The notes under the pieces: model-generated | Database searches by the model: none | Told to the model about the DNA's origin: nothing | The model's input: the letters and a program-made list of their open reading frames with translations, nothing else | Assembly (NCBI GenBank): GCA_951406725.2 | Contig: OX597836.1 | Span: 40,982,001-41,046,000, forward strand | DNA: 64,000 bases | Source: Octopus vulgaris | Lineage: Eukaryota | Direction: 5' to 3' | Program-made: the position numbers and the translations under genes | Part shown: positions 52,292 to 64,000 of the stretch, in pieces | Numbering within the stretch: position 1 is the stretch's first letter | Layout: every line of letters begins with the position of its first letter

Positions 52292-53489
52292 GTAAATCAT
52301 TTTTTTTTTACCAACTCCCTAAGAATATTATTTATTCTTTCTTCCTACTTGTTTCAGTCATTGGACTGTGGCCATGCTGGGGCACTGCCCCGAGGGGTTC
52401 AGTTGAACAAATCAACCCCAGTATTAGTTTTTTTGACACCCCCCTCTTCCCCAACACTTTGCTTTTGTTTGGAGATTTATTCTGTTTTTTTCTTTTTACT
52501 TGCTGCACTGCTAAGTTACAGGGATGTAAACAAACCAACACCAGTTGTGGGGTACAAAACATACACATACAACGGGTTTTGTTTTGGTTTCAAATACTAC
52601 TACAATATTGTAGTTCTGGATAAAGGCTATATAGAATAGGCTAGTTGTTAATGACACTATATGAAACAGGTATTGCCTATTTGGGTAAGAAGGTGCTTCC
52701 CAACTACATGGTGTTGGGTTCAGCCCCATCGTGTGGCACATTGGGGTGGTGTCTTCAACTATAGCCCAAAGCTGACCAAAGCCCTGTGAGTGAATTTGGT
52801 GGATGGGAACTAAAAGAAGCTTGTATGTGTGTAGGCTTGTTTGCTTGTTTTGACATTGTGTTTCAGATGTGAATGAGTATTATTGTCAGGTAGTGTCAGT
52901 CATTTCCCATATTCTGTGTAAGCATGTATGTCCAAGTGGAAATATCTTGCATGGGAAGAGGCAAGGGTTGGTGATAGAGAGAGCATCCCAGCTGTAGAAA
53001 ATCTACTTCAATAAACTTCATCCAACCCATGTTAGTATTAAAACTGGATGTTAAAATGATAAAAATCTATGCTGGGTCTCATCAAACTCTACAAAGGCAT
53101 CGATTGCTCTGCCTCGCCAAATCCACAGCCAGGTACAACAGGTGTGTGTTGTATAAAATCGATGGAAGAGTGTAGCACGGATGTTGCGTGTGGATGGAAC
53201 CGCATGAATGCTAAACAGGACGAAACCCAGGTATCTGTGGCGAAGCGGGGCTTGTGGGATTCGAGCCAACCCCTCCCCCTCCATCTGTAATGTCTTCTAG
53301 TCTGTCATAGCATTCGATTTCTCCGATTTCATTATATGTTTGTAATTATGTGTAAATTTTAAATTTCATCCTTTGTGTAAAATCATTTGTGAATCTGACC
53401 CCAAATCAGGCTGTATTGTCCCCTCTTTGTTCACCCCCTGTGGGTAATAAAAAACAGGTACAACAGGTGTGTGTTGTATGTTTATGATA

Positions 53490-54287
53490 CAGTCAACTCT
53501 CGCTACTATGCCACCCTGCGGGACTGAGCCAAAGTGGCATAGTACCGAGAGTTTGTTATCTAAACACTACATAACCAAAAATTTACTGAACATACAAATA
53601 AAAATTCATAGGGTCGGAAGTAAGGCCAATAAGAAGTTCAATGCAATGGTAAAAAGAAGGCATCCAAGTTTATTAAGTTCAGATTGCTCTTAGTTAATCC
53701 CGAAGCTCTCAAAAATTGTCAGCTGACGCATCTTTCGGCAGATTTCATTCATTTTGTTGTCTAGCCTATCACACGCCTGAATGACGCTAGGTTTTCCGCT
53801 GCTCTGCTGCTGCATAAACTTTCGGATAGTGCTCCATGCTCTTTGGGCATCTGCAAACGAAACATATTCCTCTTCAACAATTACCTCGTCGTCTTCACTT
53901 TCCACCGGCTCTTCGTTATGCATTACCTTCTTTGCTATTTCTTCTAGAGTGAAACATGTCGGACAGTACAAGGGACGGTAACTTGTCACAGATATTACTA
54001 ATGATATGAGGGGCCCGACAATAACGTTTTTCGCAGCATCGATAATCTCCTTCTTTTCCTTCAGCGTAAACTCAGTCCGCTTGCGTTTCTGAGCTGAGAC
54101 ATTGTGTGCTACTTTCTGAACTTTTCCACAAGATTACAAATACGAAATGTACAAAATTTCAAAAAGTTGCGTGCGCTTCAGTTTACAAGTGGCATAGTAG
54201 CAAGAGTTGAGGGTGGCATAGTAAAAATTTTTTGTTTGTTATTTGGCCAGGACCGCGCAAAACTGGCATAGTAGCGAGAGTTGACTG
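53490..54287 (-). mobile_element. Internally deleted Tigger/pogo DNA transposon
   Basis: Perfect 24-bp TIRs CAGTCAACTCTCGCTACTATGCCA with TA TSD; minus strand keeps a CENP-B-like N-terminus (KRKRTEFTLKEKKEII) and an acidic C-terminus ending RQLTIFESF; no DDE core. Confidence 0.88.
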
Positions 54288-54347
54288 TATTAACTTCATT
54301 GTAATCTATGTTTGTCCAACTGACGTATTTTTATTTTCCATTTCTAG

Positions 54348-54431
54348 CAATGTGGTGGAGAAATGTGTGTCTCATTCCTCAAGACAAGAACGAGCATTTC
54401 TAATTGAGGAAGTTTGCTCAATGAATGATGG
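54348..54431 (+). CDS. pum: Pumilio exon Q, PUF repeat 7 ([29 protein letters not shown])
   Basis: ttctag| and GG|gtaagt; 84 nt, phase 2-2. Confidence 0.98.
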
Positions 54432-54711
54432 GTAAGTTCGTTTTTTTTAAAAATTATCTTTAAAATTTTTTATTGGCTCAATTTGAAGGAAACCAACGGT
54501 GTTCTGCACAGGTCCTCCCAACATGGTCTGATTGGCATACTTTTAACCCTTCAGTGTTCAGTTTACTTTGTCAAATGCAGTTGCTTATTTATTCACATAA
54601 TTTTCAATTCATTATTGCATTATCTCGTGGCCTCAAGATCTCACTGATGTGACTGTTTAGTTTTAGAATTACATTGCTAGATATGTGAAAGGCTAGATCT
54701 GACCAATTTAA

Positions 54712-55246
54712 CCCTTTTGTTACCAACCCGGCTGAAACCGGCTCTGGCTCTGCAGTACAAATGTCTTGTTTTCATAAATTTTGAATTAAAATCTTCCACC
54801 AAACCTTAGTCACAAATACTGTTCCTAACACTAGCTTAACCCTTTTGTTATCAACCCGGCTAAAACCATCTCTGGCTCTGTAGTAGTTAGTTAGTTAATT
54901 TTTTGGCTCAAAAGCAAAAAGCAAGGCCATGTAGGGGGACATGGAGTTAAGTACAGGGTGGTGTTCATGTAAAGAGTTCAGGCCACTTGAGGTCAAGGGA
55001 GACTTTGAACAAAGCGGTCGTCGGCATCTTCACCATCTCGTCTGGCAGCTTGTTCCACGGATCCGCAACCTGGAATGTCTTGTTTTCATAAATTTTGAAT
55101 TAAAATCTTCCACCAAACCTTAGCCACAATTTATGTTCCGAACACTAGCTGAATGATAACTAAGTTATTCTACTAAATTCTTTGTTATATTTAAAGTAAT
55201 TGAGAGAAACACTGAAAATCTCAAAATAAATACAGTAATGAAAGGG
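54712..55246 (-). mobile_element. MITE E2 cluster (partial copy plus full copy) adjoining a MITE E1
   Basis: TTAA-bounded ends at about 54708, 54836 and 55247. Confidence 0.75.
54886..55073 (-). mobile_element. 5'-truncated CR1-clade LINE 3' end inserted in MITE E2
   Basis: Minus strand encodes QVADPWNKLPDEMVKMPTTALFKVSLDLKWPELFT* (WNxLP...FK..LD..W motif), then a UTR and (CTAA)n tail. Confidence 0.72.
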
Positions 55247-56064
55247 TTAAACATGCTTCCTTTATCCTGCTATTTGAATTGTCCCATAAATGGGCTGTTA
55301 ACAATCTAAAAAATTCTGCTTTTTTGGTCAATATTTTAATTGATGGAAATATCAAAAAACTTATTGGCCCCAGTATGTATGGTGAATTTCAAAAATCTAA
55401 TTTCTAAAATTACTTTTTGTTTTTGTCTATTTGAGAATTACAAAACTATAATATAAGACACAGAAAAAAAAATCCACTGTACTTCATCACATTACTTTAA
55501 ATAGCATTGTCTTTTTACCTGTGCTCACCTGTAATTTGAGTAGTTTTCAAGTAAATTCTGTATTTGTGAGAGCTTTTCATTGTTCCAAACACAACTTAAA
55601 TATATTAATAAATTTTTAAAATGTAAGTAGTTTTAGGAAACCAGTCTAAAATTTCAGTTTTAGAAAACCATCTTTGTGTATTTTAATTTGAAATCCAATA
55701 ATGAAAGGGTCTAATACTTGAAATTATATACTCTGGACTTTAATCCTCTAGCATTCAGATTTCTGTCAAATGTAATGCTTATTGTTGTGAAATACGGCCT
55801 CCTGACACCAACACAGCTCCAACAGCCAAGTCAGCGGCTGAGAAACGACAGCCCAGCCCCAGCAAGTCAACTTGCTCAGAGTGGAAATAGCATTTGTACC
55901 TGGCTGGATGTCTTGCATGATGTGGTTCTTTGTTGCCTGGGTTCACTTTCACCGGTCCCATCACATCTTTTCTCTGACCATCCTTGTTGCCGACTTCACA
56001 CTGACTGTAGTCCCTTGTCGCCTAAACTTCACATCAACTGTTCACATTGCCAAACTTGCATCAC

Positions 56065-56114
<50 letters not shown>

Positions 56115-56118
<4 letters not shown>

Positions 56119-56350
56119 CTTTACTACCCACAAGGGGCTAAACATAGAGGAGACAAACAAACAAAGACAGACAAAGGGATCAAGTTGATTGCATCGACCC
56201 CAGTGCGTAACTGGTACTTTATTTATCGACCCCGAGAGGATGAAAGGCAAAGTCGACCTCGGTGGAATTTGAACTCAGAACGTAACGACAGACGAAATAC
56301 CGCCAAGCATTTCGTCCGGTGCGCTAGCGATTCTACCAGCTCACTGCCTT
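56115..56350 (-). mobile_element. SINE family B
   Basis: 16-bp TSD atcactagtttatata (56060 / 56351), with (TA)n expanded at the tail. Confidence 0.88.
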
Positions 56351-56544
56351 ATCACTAGTTTATATAGTACACCTCAGTAAAAAGCATGAAAAAAAAACAT
56401 ATGATCAGTGAACGTTATTTCTCGTTAGAATTAATTATTGATCCAGTATTGGTTTTCTTCTGTAGAACTAGAGAACTGTAGCAGTATCATTTGAAGTTTA
56501 TATTTCTCAGAATATTTCTCCTTCATAATATTATTTATTCACAT

Positions 56545-56885
56545 TGCCGTTGCCAGTGCTGCCCCGACTGGCCTCCGTGTCGGTGGCACGTAAAATGCAT
56601 CATCCGATCGTGGCCGTTGCCAGCTTCGCCTGGCCCCCCGTGCCGGTGGCACGTAAAAAGCACCATCCGTCCGTGGCCGTTTGCCAGCCCCGTCTGGCAC
56701 CTGTGTCGGTGGCACGTAAAAAGCACCCACTACACTCACGGAGTGGTTGGCGTTAGGAAGGGCATCCAGCCGTAGAAACACTGCCAGATCAGACTGGGCC
56801 TGGTGCAGCCTTCTGGCTTCCCAGACCCCAGTTGAACCGTCCAACCCATGCTAGCATGGAAAGCGGACACTAAACGATGATGATA
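56545..56885 (+). mobile_element. Retroposon family D with internal tandem repeats
   Basis: Three cggtggcacgtaaaa..gca units plus the family D tail. Confidence 0.8.
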
Positions 56886-57118
56886 ATTGATGTGAACTAT
56901 TTGTGCATCACCTTGTGGATTTGAGATTTCAGTGATTGCTCATTTTTAAAATGACATTGTTGGGTAGATGTGAGAGGCCAGAAGTGGGCCAGCTTGAAAA
57001 TAAAACAGCTTGTTTGGGGCCGGGTGTGGTTGGTTTAAATGCTAAAGGGTTAACGAACAACCTAGTAACCTATTGGTGTTTGTGTTGCTGTAATATAACT
57101 AATGTATTTTTCTGTTAG

Positions 57119-57362
57119 TCCCCACAGTGCCTTGTATACAATGATGAAGGACCAGTTTGCTAACTATGTTGTACAGAAGATGATTGATGTGGCAGAACCT
57201 GCTCAACGCAAGAGTCTAATGCACAAGATCCGTCCACACATTGCCACTTTGCGCAAGTACACTTATGGGAAACACATCTTGGCAAAACTGGAGAAGTTCT
57301 TCATGAAAACAAACTCGGACATGCCTCAAATGAACATGACACAGAATGGACCTCTTCCCTGA
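57119..57362 (+). CDS. pum: Pumilio last coding exon, PUF repeat 8 and C-terminus ([23 protein letters not shown]...[14 protein letters not shown]...GPLP*)
   Basis: ctgttag| acceptor, TGA at 57360-57362; alternative in-frame CAG acceptor at 57127/57128. Confidence 0.98.
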
Positions 57363-59596
57363 GGTGACTTTTTCACAGCTTAACCTATTTTAGGCAATGG
57401 ATGTTTTTTTTTTTTTTTTCATTTTCTATTTTTTTTTTTTTAAAGATAAAATTTCCCCCCTCCCCCACCTCATTGTCATAAAAGGATAAGTTAGTTAAAA
57501 TGCGGGCTGGTAGATTGGTTGATGACCTTGATACAGTGTTAAGAAATGTCTAATTCTAGAGATGATGGTGAATAGACATGGAGCCCTAAATCAAATTCTA
57601 TTGTAGCTGCACACTTACACACACACACACACACACACACATAAACATGCATGCACACACACACACACACACACACACATGCACGCACACACACTGCTAC
57701 AAGTTATAACTTCCCCCATCCCCTGTGCAAGTACCTTGCACCAATGTTTTGTATCTGGTTGTGGTATTATTCCTATATAATGATCACTTAAGTTGTTTTA
57801 GATATTGGGATCTACATGTAGCATTATCAAGTTCATTATCTTATTTACTCCCCCCCTTTCCCCCTTTGTTCAACAGCCCCCTCCCCCGCCCCCCTCCTCC
57901 ATGTCTTTTTTTAGTATCGGTGTTATGTGTGTTACTGATTTGAAATCTCAGACAATTCATATTAAATTTGACAGTTTGTGAAACTTCCCATGTTGATGTC
58001 ATGACAAATTGACTTTTAGTGAGGTAAATGTTTATTATTGAACTGAATCATTCTTTGTTGATGAAACTTGGAAATTTGTAGATTTTATGTGAACAAGCTG
58101 CCATATCCTTGAACACACCACACAAATTTCCCATATATGTATGTATGTATATTTTATATATATATGCATATAAAAAAAAATGCCAGTTTTAGATTCTGAT
58201 ATTGTGAACTGTTTCCATTGGTCACTTTAAGAGCAATTATTCAAATTATTGTAATACTTTTTCATATTTTATTTTAATTTTTTTTTTTTTTTTGCCTAAT
58301 ATGCTTAACCTGTTTATTACCTGTTGTATGTCAATATATCTATATATGTATGAATATACATATGCAAAAAAAAAGAAAAAATTCACCCTTAAAGAACAAA
58401 GGTAATAGTGAACTTTGACATTGCTACTTGTGTCTCCAATTTTGAACATTTTCTTTTTCTATCCTTCACCCTTACTGTTTATGCTGGGAAATCACTTAAA
58501 TATTTCACCCTGAACTCCAAATTTAACTTTATTCTATGTATGTATTCACTGCTGTGCCCCCGACTTCGAACTGCCCCCCACTTTAAACACATCCAGTTGA
58601 CTGTTGGCATTAAATTTAGTCAAGTTAAGATTATTATCTTCTGAAAAAAATTTTTTTTTTTTTTATAGACCAGACTCAAATTTTCTATTATCTCCCTGCT
58701 TAGTTACTGGTGTTGACTTGTATAAGCTACCAAGTCACTAGATAGTTTGTCTCTACAATTTGGTATGTTCTTTTTTATATCATAGAACATGATTTACTCA
58801 ATTTTGTATTTCTGGCCAACAGATCAGCCAGTGCTTTTTATTTCTGTTCCTCTCCAGAAATAATCCCGTTTCAGCATAGTAATTTGATTAAGGAATGGGA
58901 TTAACCATTTCATTTGATTCAACATAAGTGCTTATTTAGAGGTTTTGATTCTTCAGTGAAGCTGTCTTAATTTTCTTTATCTAAGCTTTTTTTTTTTTTT
59001 TAAATATATATATATATATCTTTTAGTTTTAGTTTTCCCAAGATTTATCATCTTTCTCAAGTCTAGACAAACTTTGTCTATATGTCTTCCCTTTTTTTTT
59101 TTTTTGTTTTAACATGTAGTAACCATTTTCCCTCCTCTCTCTCTCTTAGTGTCCATTCTTCAATTTATTCTGATATTTGTTTCAAAAAACTCTTCAAAAG
59201 TCAGCTAATGCTGTGACTGAGTTCCATCTCTCTCAGTATGTGAAGTTTAGTTATGTTACTGTGTTCTAGAACCGAGTGCCAACTCATCTGCTTGCATTTC
59301 TCTCTGGAATCTCTGATCCTTCTCTCAATAGTTACCGATTTCAAGAGTTTCAGTGACTCTGCTCATCATCTCCCCCCCCCCCCAAACCCTCTGCTACGAT
59401 TAATTCCTGTCCAGCACTATTTGGCACTTTTAAAAAAAAAAAGGTAGTTCATCTTTCCCATTTTTTTTTTTTTCTTTCTTTCTCCATAATTTCTAAACTG
59501 AACCATCCAAATTCTCCTCTGAATCATTTTAGTTAGTTTAGACAATCTTCCTCCAGTTGGTTGTAGCAGCAAAATTGTGAAATAAAAACTGTAAAG

Positions 59597-59604
59597 TGTA
59601 AATA
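59597..59604 (+). promoter_or_regulatory. Pumilio response element TGTAAATA
   Basis: Exact UGUAHAUA in the putative 3' UTR, outside microsatellite. Confidence 0.5.
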
Positions 59605-60198
59605 TGTGTGTACACAGGTTCCATCTGTATATTCACATTTCTCGCTCTTTCATCCCACCACCATTCCACCATCATTATCTTTGTAAGTAATAAGGTGTCT
59701 CTCTCTGCTATCACTGCTCTGTGATGTGGTGTGGTGTATCTATTCTATCTATGTATGTATGTGTGCGTGTGTATGCATGTTTTTTCTTTTTCCTCCTCAC
59801 TCTCCTTCAGAATAGTGAGGCTGTTTGTCTTTCTGTCTACAAATATACACACACATGCTCACACACACATACACACATGGTGACCTCCCCCACTGACAAG
59901 CAACAGGAGCGGTGGTCGTAGATGTGTTGTCACCGTCACTGCTGTTCATCCATCACAGGTGGGTCCTTACCGCTGCCATTTGATGTGATAGTTTTTTTTT
60001 CATTGATGAAGCTTTTTTGGAGTTGTAAGAGAAACATGAAAATTTGTAATCTTATGTGGAAAAGATGCCACGATTCTGTTGTAAATCAAGCTGGCATTTT
60101 GTTGGAACAAACTTTATTATAAATTTTAGATTTTTTTTTTATCCCCCCACCCCCCACTAAAATTAAATCCTTGAAAATGTTTTTAATTTAAACTTTCC

Positions 60199-60204
60199 AA
60201 TAAA
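60199..60204 (+). terminator. Candidate polyadenylation signal
   Basis: AATAAA followed about 20-45 nt later by a T/GT-rich element (ccattttttttagttctcgtgtttgtct). Confidence 0.45.
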
Positions 60205-60360
60205 ACCTTGTTGGCAGCGTGCCATTTTTTTAGTTCTCGTGTTTGTCTCATCTAAAATGTTTTAAAGTAGGCAATCAATAGGGTTTTGTTTTATATATAC
60301 AATATAATTGTATATATTTATTAAGGTGGTGCTCCAGCATGGCCGTAGTTAAATGACAAA

Positions 60361-60391
<31 letters not shown>

Positions 60392-60908
60392 TATCTTAAT
60401 TTTGTAATCATTTCCTTTGCTGTTGATATTTGTCTAGTGTGTAGATATCTGGTAGTGATATATATATTCAAATTTTTTTTTAAGAAATTAAGAACAATCT
60501 CAAAACAAAAAAATATTTTACTCTTGAAGAGGTTTGTTTCGACAAAATGTTCTGGCCATTCTTCTTGTTTCTTTATGCATCTTGGCTGTACATTCTTGTA
60601 GGATTTGAAATTCTTGTATAGTTGTAATATAGCTGGCAACGGTATTGTACAGACTACTGGGTGCTATGTTTGTATCATGAAGTCTTAATTTTGATATCAT
60701 TGTACAGTTTCTGCCATATATTTGTTGTCCGAACATTTCAGTAATCCATGTCTTCTGTCGGTGGTGTGTGTTTTATATATATATATATACATATATATAG
60801 TTGTATGGGCTGTAGTGGCTATATTGGTCACCTGCATCCTACATCTACTGATATTTCCTGCTTTTGATCTGTAATTAAATCTTAACAAATCTATTTCTAT
60901 TTTCTCTT

Positions 60909-60945
<37 letters not shown>

Positions 60946-61465
60946 CCCTCTCTATCCAAAAACTGCCACAAATATTCCTGTGCAGACGTGAAGTGTGAAC
61001 GTATGTGAAGCTTGTAAAGCCATCAAGCTAAATGCCTCTTAATTCTGGTTTAAGTTTTATACGTGCGCGCGTGTGTGTGTAGATGTAAGTATATGTACGC
61101 ATATATGTATGTACGCATGTTATATGTATGCTTGTGTATATGTACGTTCGTATATATGTGCACACGTATGTACATGCGTATTTCTGCATGTGTATATGTG
61201 TGTACGTATATGTACTCCCATGTATGTATGTGTATGTAGGTATATATATATGTATATATATATATATGTACGTAGGTAAGATATGTATATGCATGTGTGT
61301 GTATGTAGATATGTATGTATGTATATATAATCAGATTGTACATGTTATTTAATAGCCTTTTGATGGGAGACCTTCAACACCGTAACCCCCCAGCCCTCTT
61401 TATAAATAGTTTATTGTACATTTATTCCGTTTCATGCTAAAAGAATGCATTCTTTGTAATTACTC

Positions 61466-61473
61466 TGTAAATA
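61466..61473 (+). promoter_or_regulatory. Pumilio response element TGTAAATA
   Basis: Exact UGUAHAUA, outside microsatellite. Confidence 0.45.
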
Positions 61474-62399
61474 AGAATTAAAAACAAAATACTGTTTCAG
61501 TACCTATTTAACAATCCCCTATTTCTGTCACATGACTGATCGGTGAACAAGGAGAGGGAGTGACATACTTCTCTAGTTGACCTCAGACACTAACCACACC
61601 CGCTCACTCTTTCTCTCTCCATCCCTTTAGAACCTTCATACATATATCTCCAAATCCTTTTTGTAGAATGATGTAAATCTGTATAATAAAAAAAAACCAT
61701 CACAATAATCTGACTCTGTCACCCTGTGTAATATATCTGTATACTATGTATATTTAAAGAAAACCAACAGGCAATCCATGTGTTGCCATAATCCCATATC
61801 AGTTCTGGATATCAGAACTAATTTTTTTTTTTTAAATCTCTTTAAATTTAAAGACAAATACCAAACCTTGTGTAGATATATAAATAGACAGTTTTTGATC
61901 TTTATTTTGGTTCAATAACTCCTGTATATAGAATGATTAAAAGACAAAAAAAAATAAAAGTCCATACACATTAAACTTTCTGCCACACATGCTGGTTACG
62001 TGCTGTCTGGATTAAAGGGCGATATATATCATGTTACATCATCTCCATCATTACTTATGTCAGTTTGACCTGAAGGTAACATTCCTATGTATAAAACAAA
62101 AAACACAACAAAAGGTGTAGAAGTTTGCGAGTGAGTGAGTGAATGGATGGTTGGATGCCTGGCTTGGACGAGTGGGACGACATTTTAAGTGTAGCTGTGA
62201 TCCAGATTTTTCCTTTTTAGCCATAACGTTTCTGTTCGTTTTTGAAACTAGTTTTAAATTCTTCTCCTTATTTTGGGAGTTGATTGAAGATCTCGAAATA
62301 ACAAAAAAACTTTAATTCAATTGAATATCAAATGCTGTATGTTATTTTATGTATTTTCTTTCTTTTTTTTTTTATTTCCTCAAGTGTAGGTTCTGATAC

Positions 62400-62712
62400 T
62401 ATATATATATTTATATATATATATATATATGCATATATTTGCATATGTATTTATGTGCATGCATATGCATGCGTAGATGTGTATATGCATGTGTATTTGC
62501 ATATACTTGTGTATACATACATGTATATGCATGTGTATGTACGTGTGTATATATATGCACATGTACATGTGTATATGCATGTATATATAGACCTGTATAT
62601 ACACGTGTATATGCATATATATATATACATGTGTAAATGCATGTATATATAGACCTGTATATACACCTGTATATACACGTGTATGTGCATATACGTATAG
62701 ATGTGTATACAC
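62400..62712. repeat. Degenerate TA/TG/CA low-complexity microsatellite (similar tract at 61060-61330)
   Basis: Alternating purine-pyrimidine tract. Confidence 0.85.
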
Positions 62713-63898
62713 ACTGTGTAGATTTTACTACTGTATATATCCTAATGTAAGTGTTCATGGATGCAGGTATGATCAAGTGGTTAATGAGTTTACTTTGTGG
62801 TCATGCTCTGGGTTTGATCCCAGTGTGTGGCTTGTTGGAAGCAAGTAATGTTTTGCTATCGCCTAAGGTCAACTCAAATCTTACAAATTGAGATTGGGTC
62901 GACAAAACGGTGTAAAAGCCCGTCGGGTGGATTGTACCTGTGTTTTCAAAACGCTTGGCATTGTACAGATTCAGCCTGAGAGACAATGTCTGTGGAATAC
63001 TCGGCCACTTCCTAACGAATTAATTTAAATGAGGCAGCAGTAGTTCAGTTGCTTGAACAGTGGTAATACTCATTGTGAAGGCCAGATTTCCATCACATTA
63101 TGCTAATGTCTCGGTTAATTGTAAATTGAAAATAAAAAGAAAAAAAAAATCTAGGCATTTAAATTTTTTGTTTTTAAAACCAACTTTAAAATACAGTTCT
63201 CTGCCAATACATATTGGTGAATTCCTCAGATAATCATATTATTTAATACCAAGCTATTATGACATTTTTTTCCCCCCCACATAATTCCATATTTCATTAT
63301 GTTAATATTTCACCAGTATCTAAGATATTTTTTCAGTTCATTTCCTTCCCCCATTTCTCTTTTCTTTAAGCTAAACTTTTTTTTTAATTATTTTTTTTTT
63401 TAAAAATAAGCAAAGGAAAAAGAAAAAAAATCTCCATTCTATTTATTAATTTTCTATGTTAACATATCAAAATATTCACCAAACCATTATATTCTTCAGT
63501 TAGCATCTGAAATTTGCTTTTGCTTTCACATTAAGTCATATGGAATTTGTTTCCGATTCCATGAACCGTTAGCTTTACTCTGTTATCTTAGCATTTCATC
63601 CAGGTCTCCTTACTCTCCGAACAGTCAAAACTCTTTTAAAATATTACACGCCTACCTTATTTATTTTTTCTCTACAACTCCTCTCCTTTTCTTCTCAGTT
63701 AAGTTATTTCATATTTCTGTTGACAATTTTAACCTTTTTTTTTTTTGTAAATATGAATGCTTTGTCTTCCTGTAAGCAAACTTTAGGTAATGTTTATCAA
63801 ATGTGTGTAAGTTATGTATGTATGTATGTATATGTCTGTGTGTGTATGAACGTATGTGCTTGTATATTTTCTCCCAAAAGGTGTTTTGATTTGATGGC

Positions 63899-64000
63899 TT
63901 TTAAGTGTGTATAAATCTAATCTTTTTGAAGTGTGTATAAAATCCAAATTTTTTTTGAGTATGTATAAATCAAACTTTTTTGAGTGTGTATAAATTCAAC
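63899..64000. repeat. About 27-bp minisatellite (tttttgagtgtgtataaatc..)
   Basis: Four imperfect units running off the window end. Confidence 0.65.

Larger units (their letters stand above)
57363..61990 (+). other. Putative long 3' UTR of pumilio
   Basis: Follows the stop; U/AU-rich and almost free of the SINEs/MITEs that fill every intron; AATAAA at 59581, 60199, 61685 and 61953; the end is not determinable from sequence. Confidence 0.55.

Noticed and set aside
53690-53989. 99-aa acidic ORF as an independent antisense gene
   Set aside because: C-terminal remnant of the Tigger transposase inside TIRs
62400-62735. Additional TGTATATA/TGTANATA matches
   Set aside because: Expected by chance within the microsatellite and probably beyond the last polyA signal
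61028-62776. Multiple Y/I/H/V/C-rich ORFs
   Set aside because: Translations of TA/TG low-complexity DNA

Overview
Eukaryotic, AT-rich, repeat-dense genomic DNA. The SINE/MITE repertoire looks like that of an octopus (coleoid cephalopod); this is recognition from memory, not a database result. The window holds most of one + strand gene, the Pumilio (PUM1/PUM2-like) PUF RNA-binding protein. I assembled 18 GT-AG exons by hand from 14941 to the stop at 57362. Their phases are consistent and they total 3012 nt (1003 aa). There is also a probable upstream exon (12649-12723), a candidate 69-nt cassette exon (36479-36547) and a long, nearly TE-free 3' region with Pumilio response elements and several polyA signals. 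The true 5' end of the gene may lie upstream of the window. Introns are filled with tRNA-derived SINEs, TTAA-flanked piggyBac-type MITEs, non-autonomous Helitrons, a Tigger/pogo deletion derivative, RTE and CR1 LINE 3' ends, and mini/microsatellites. Nearly all ORFs in the supplied track are spurious. The most interesting observation is an in-frame tandem splice acceptor at the last exon that could switch the repeat 7-8 loop between the vertebrate-length (NDGPHSAL) and fly-length (NDGAL) forms. I found no evidence for a wholly new gene system.
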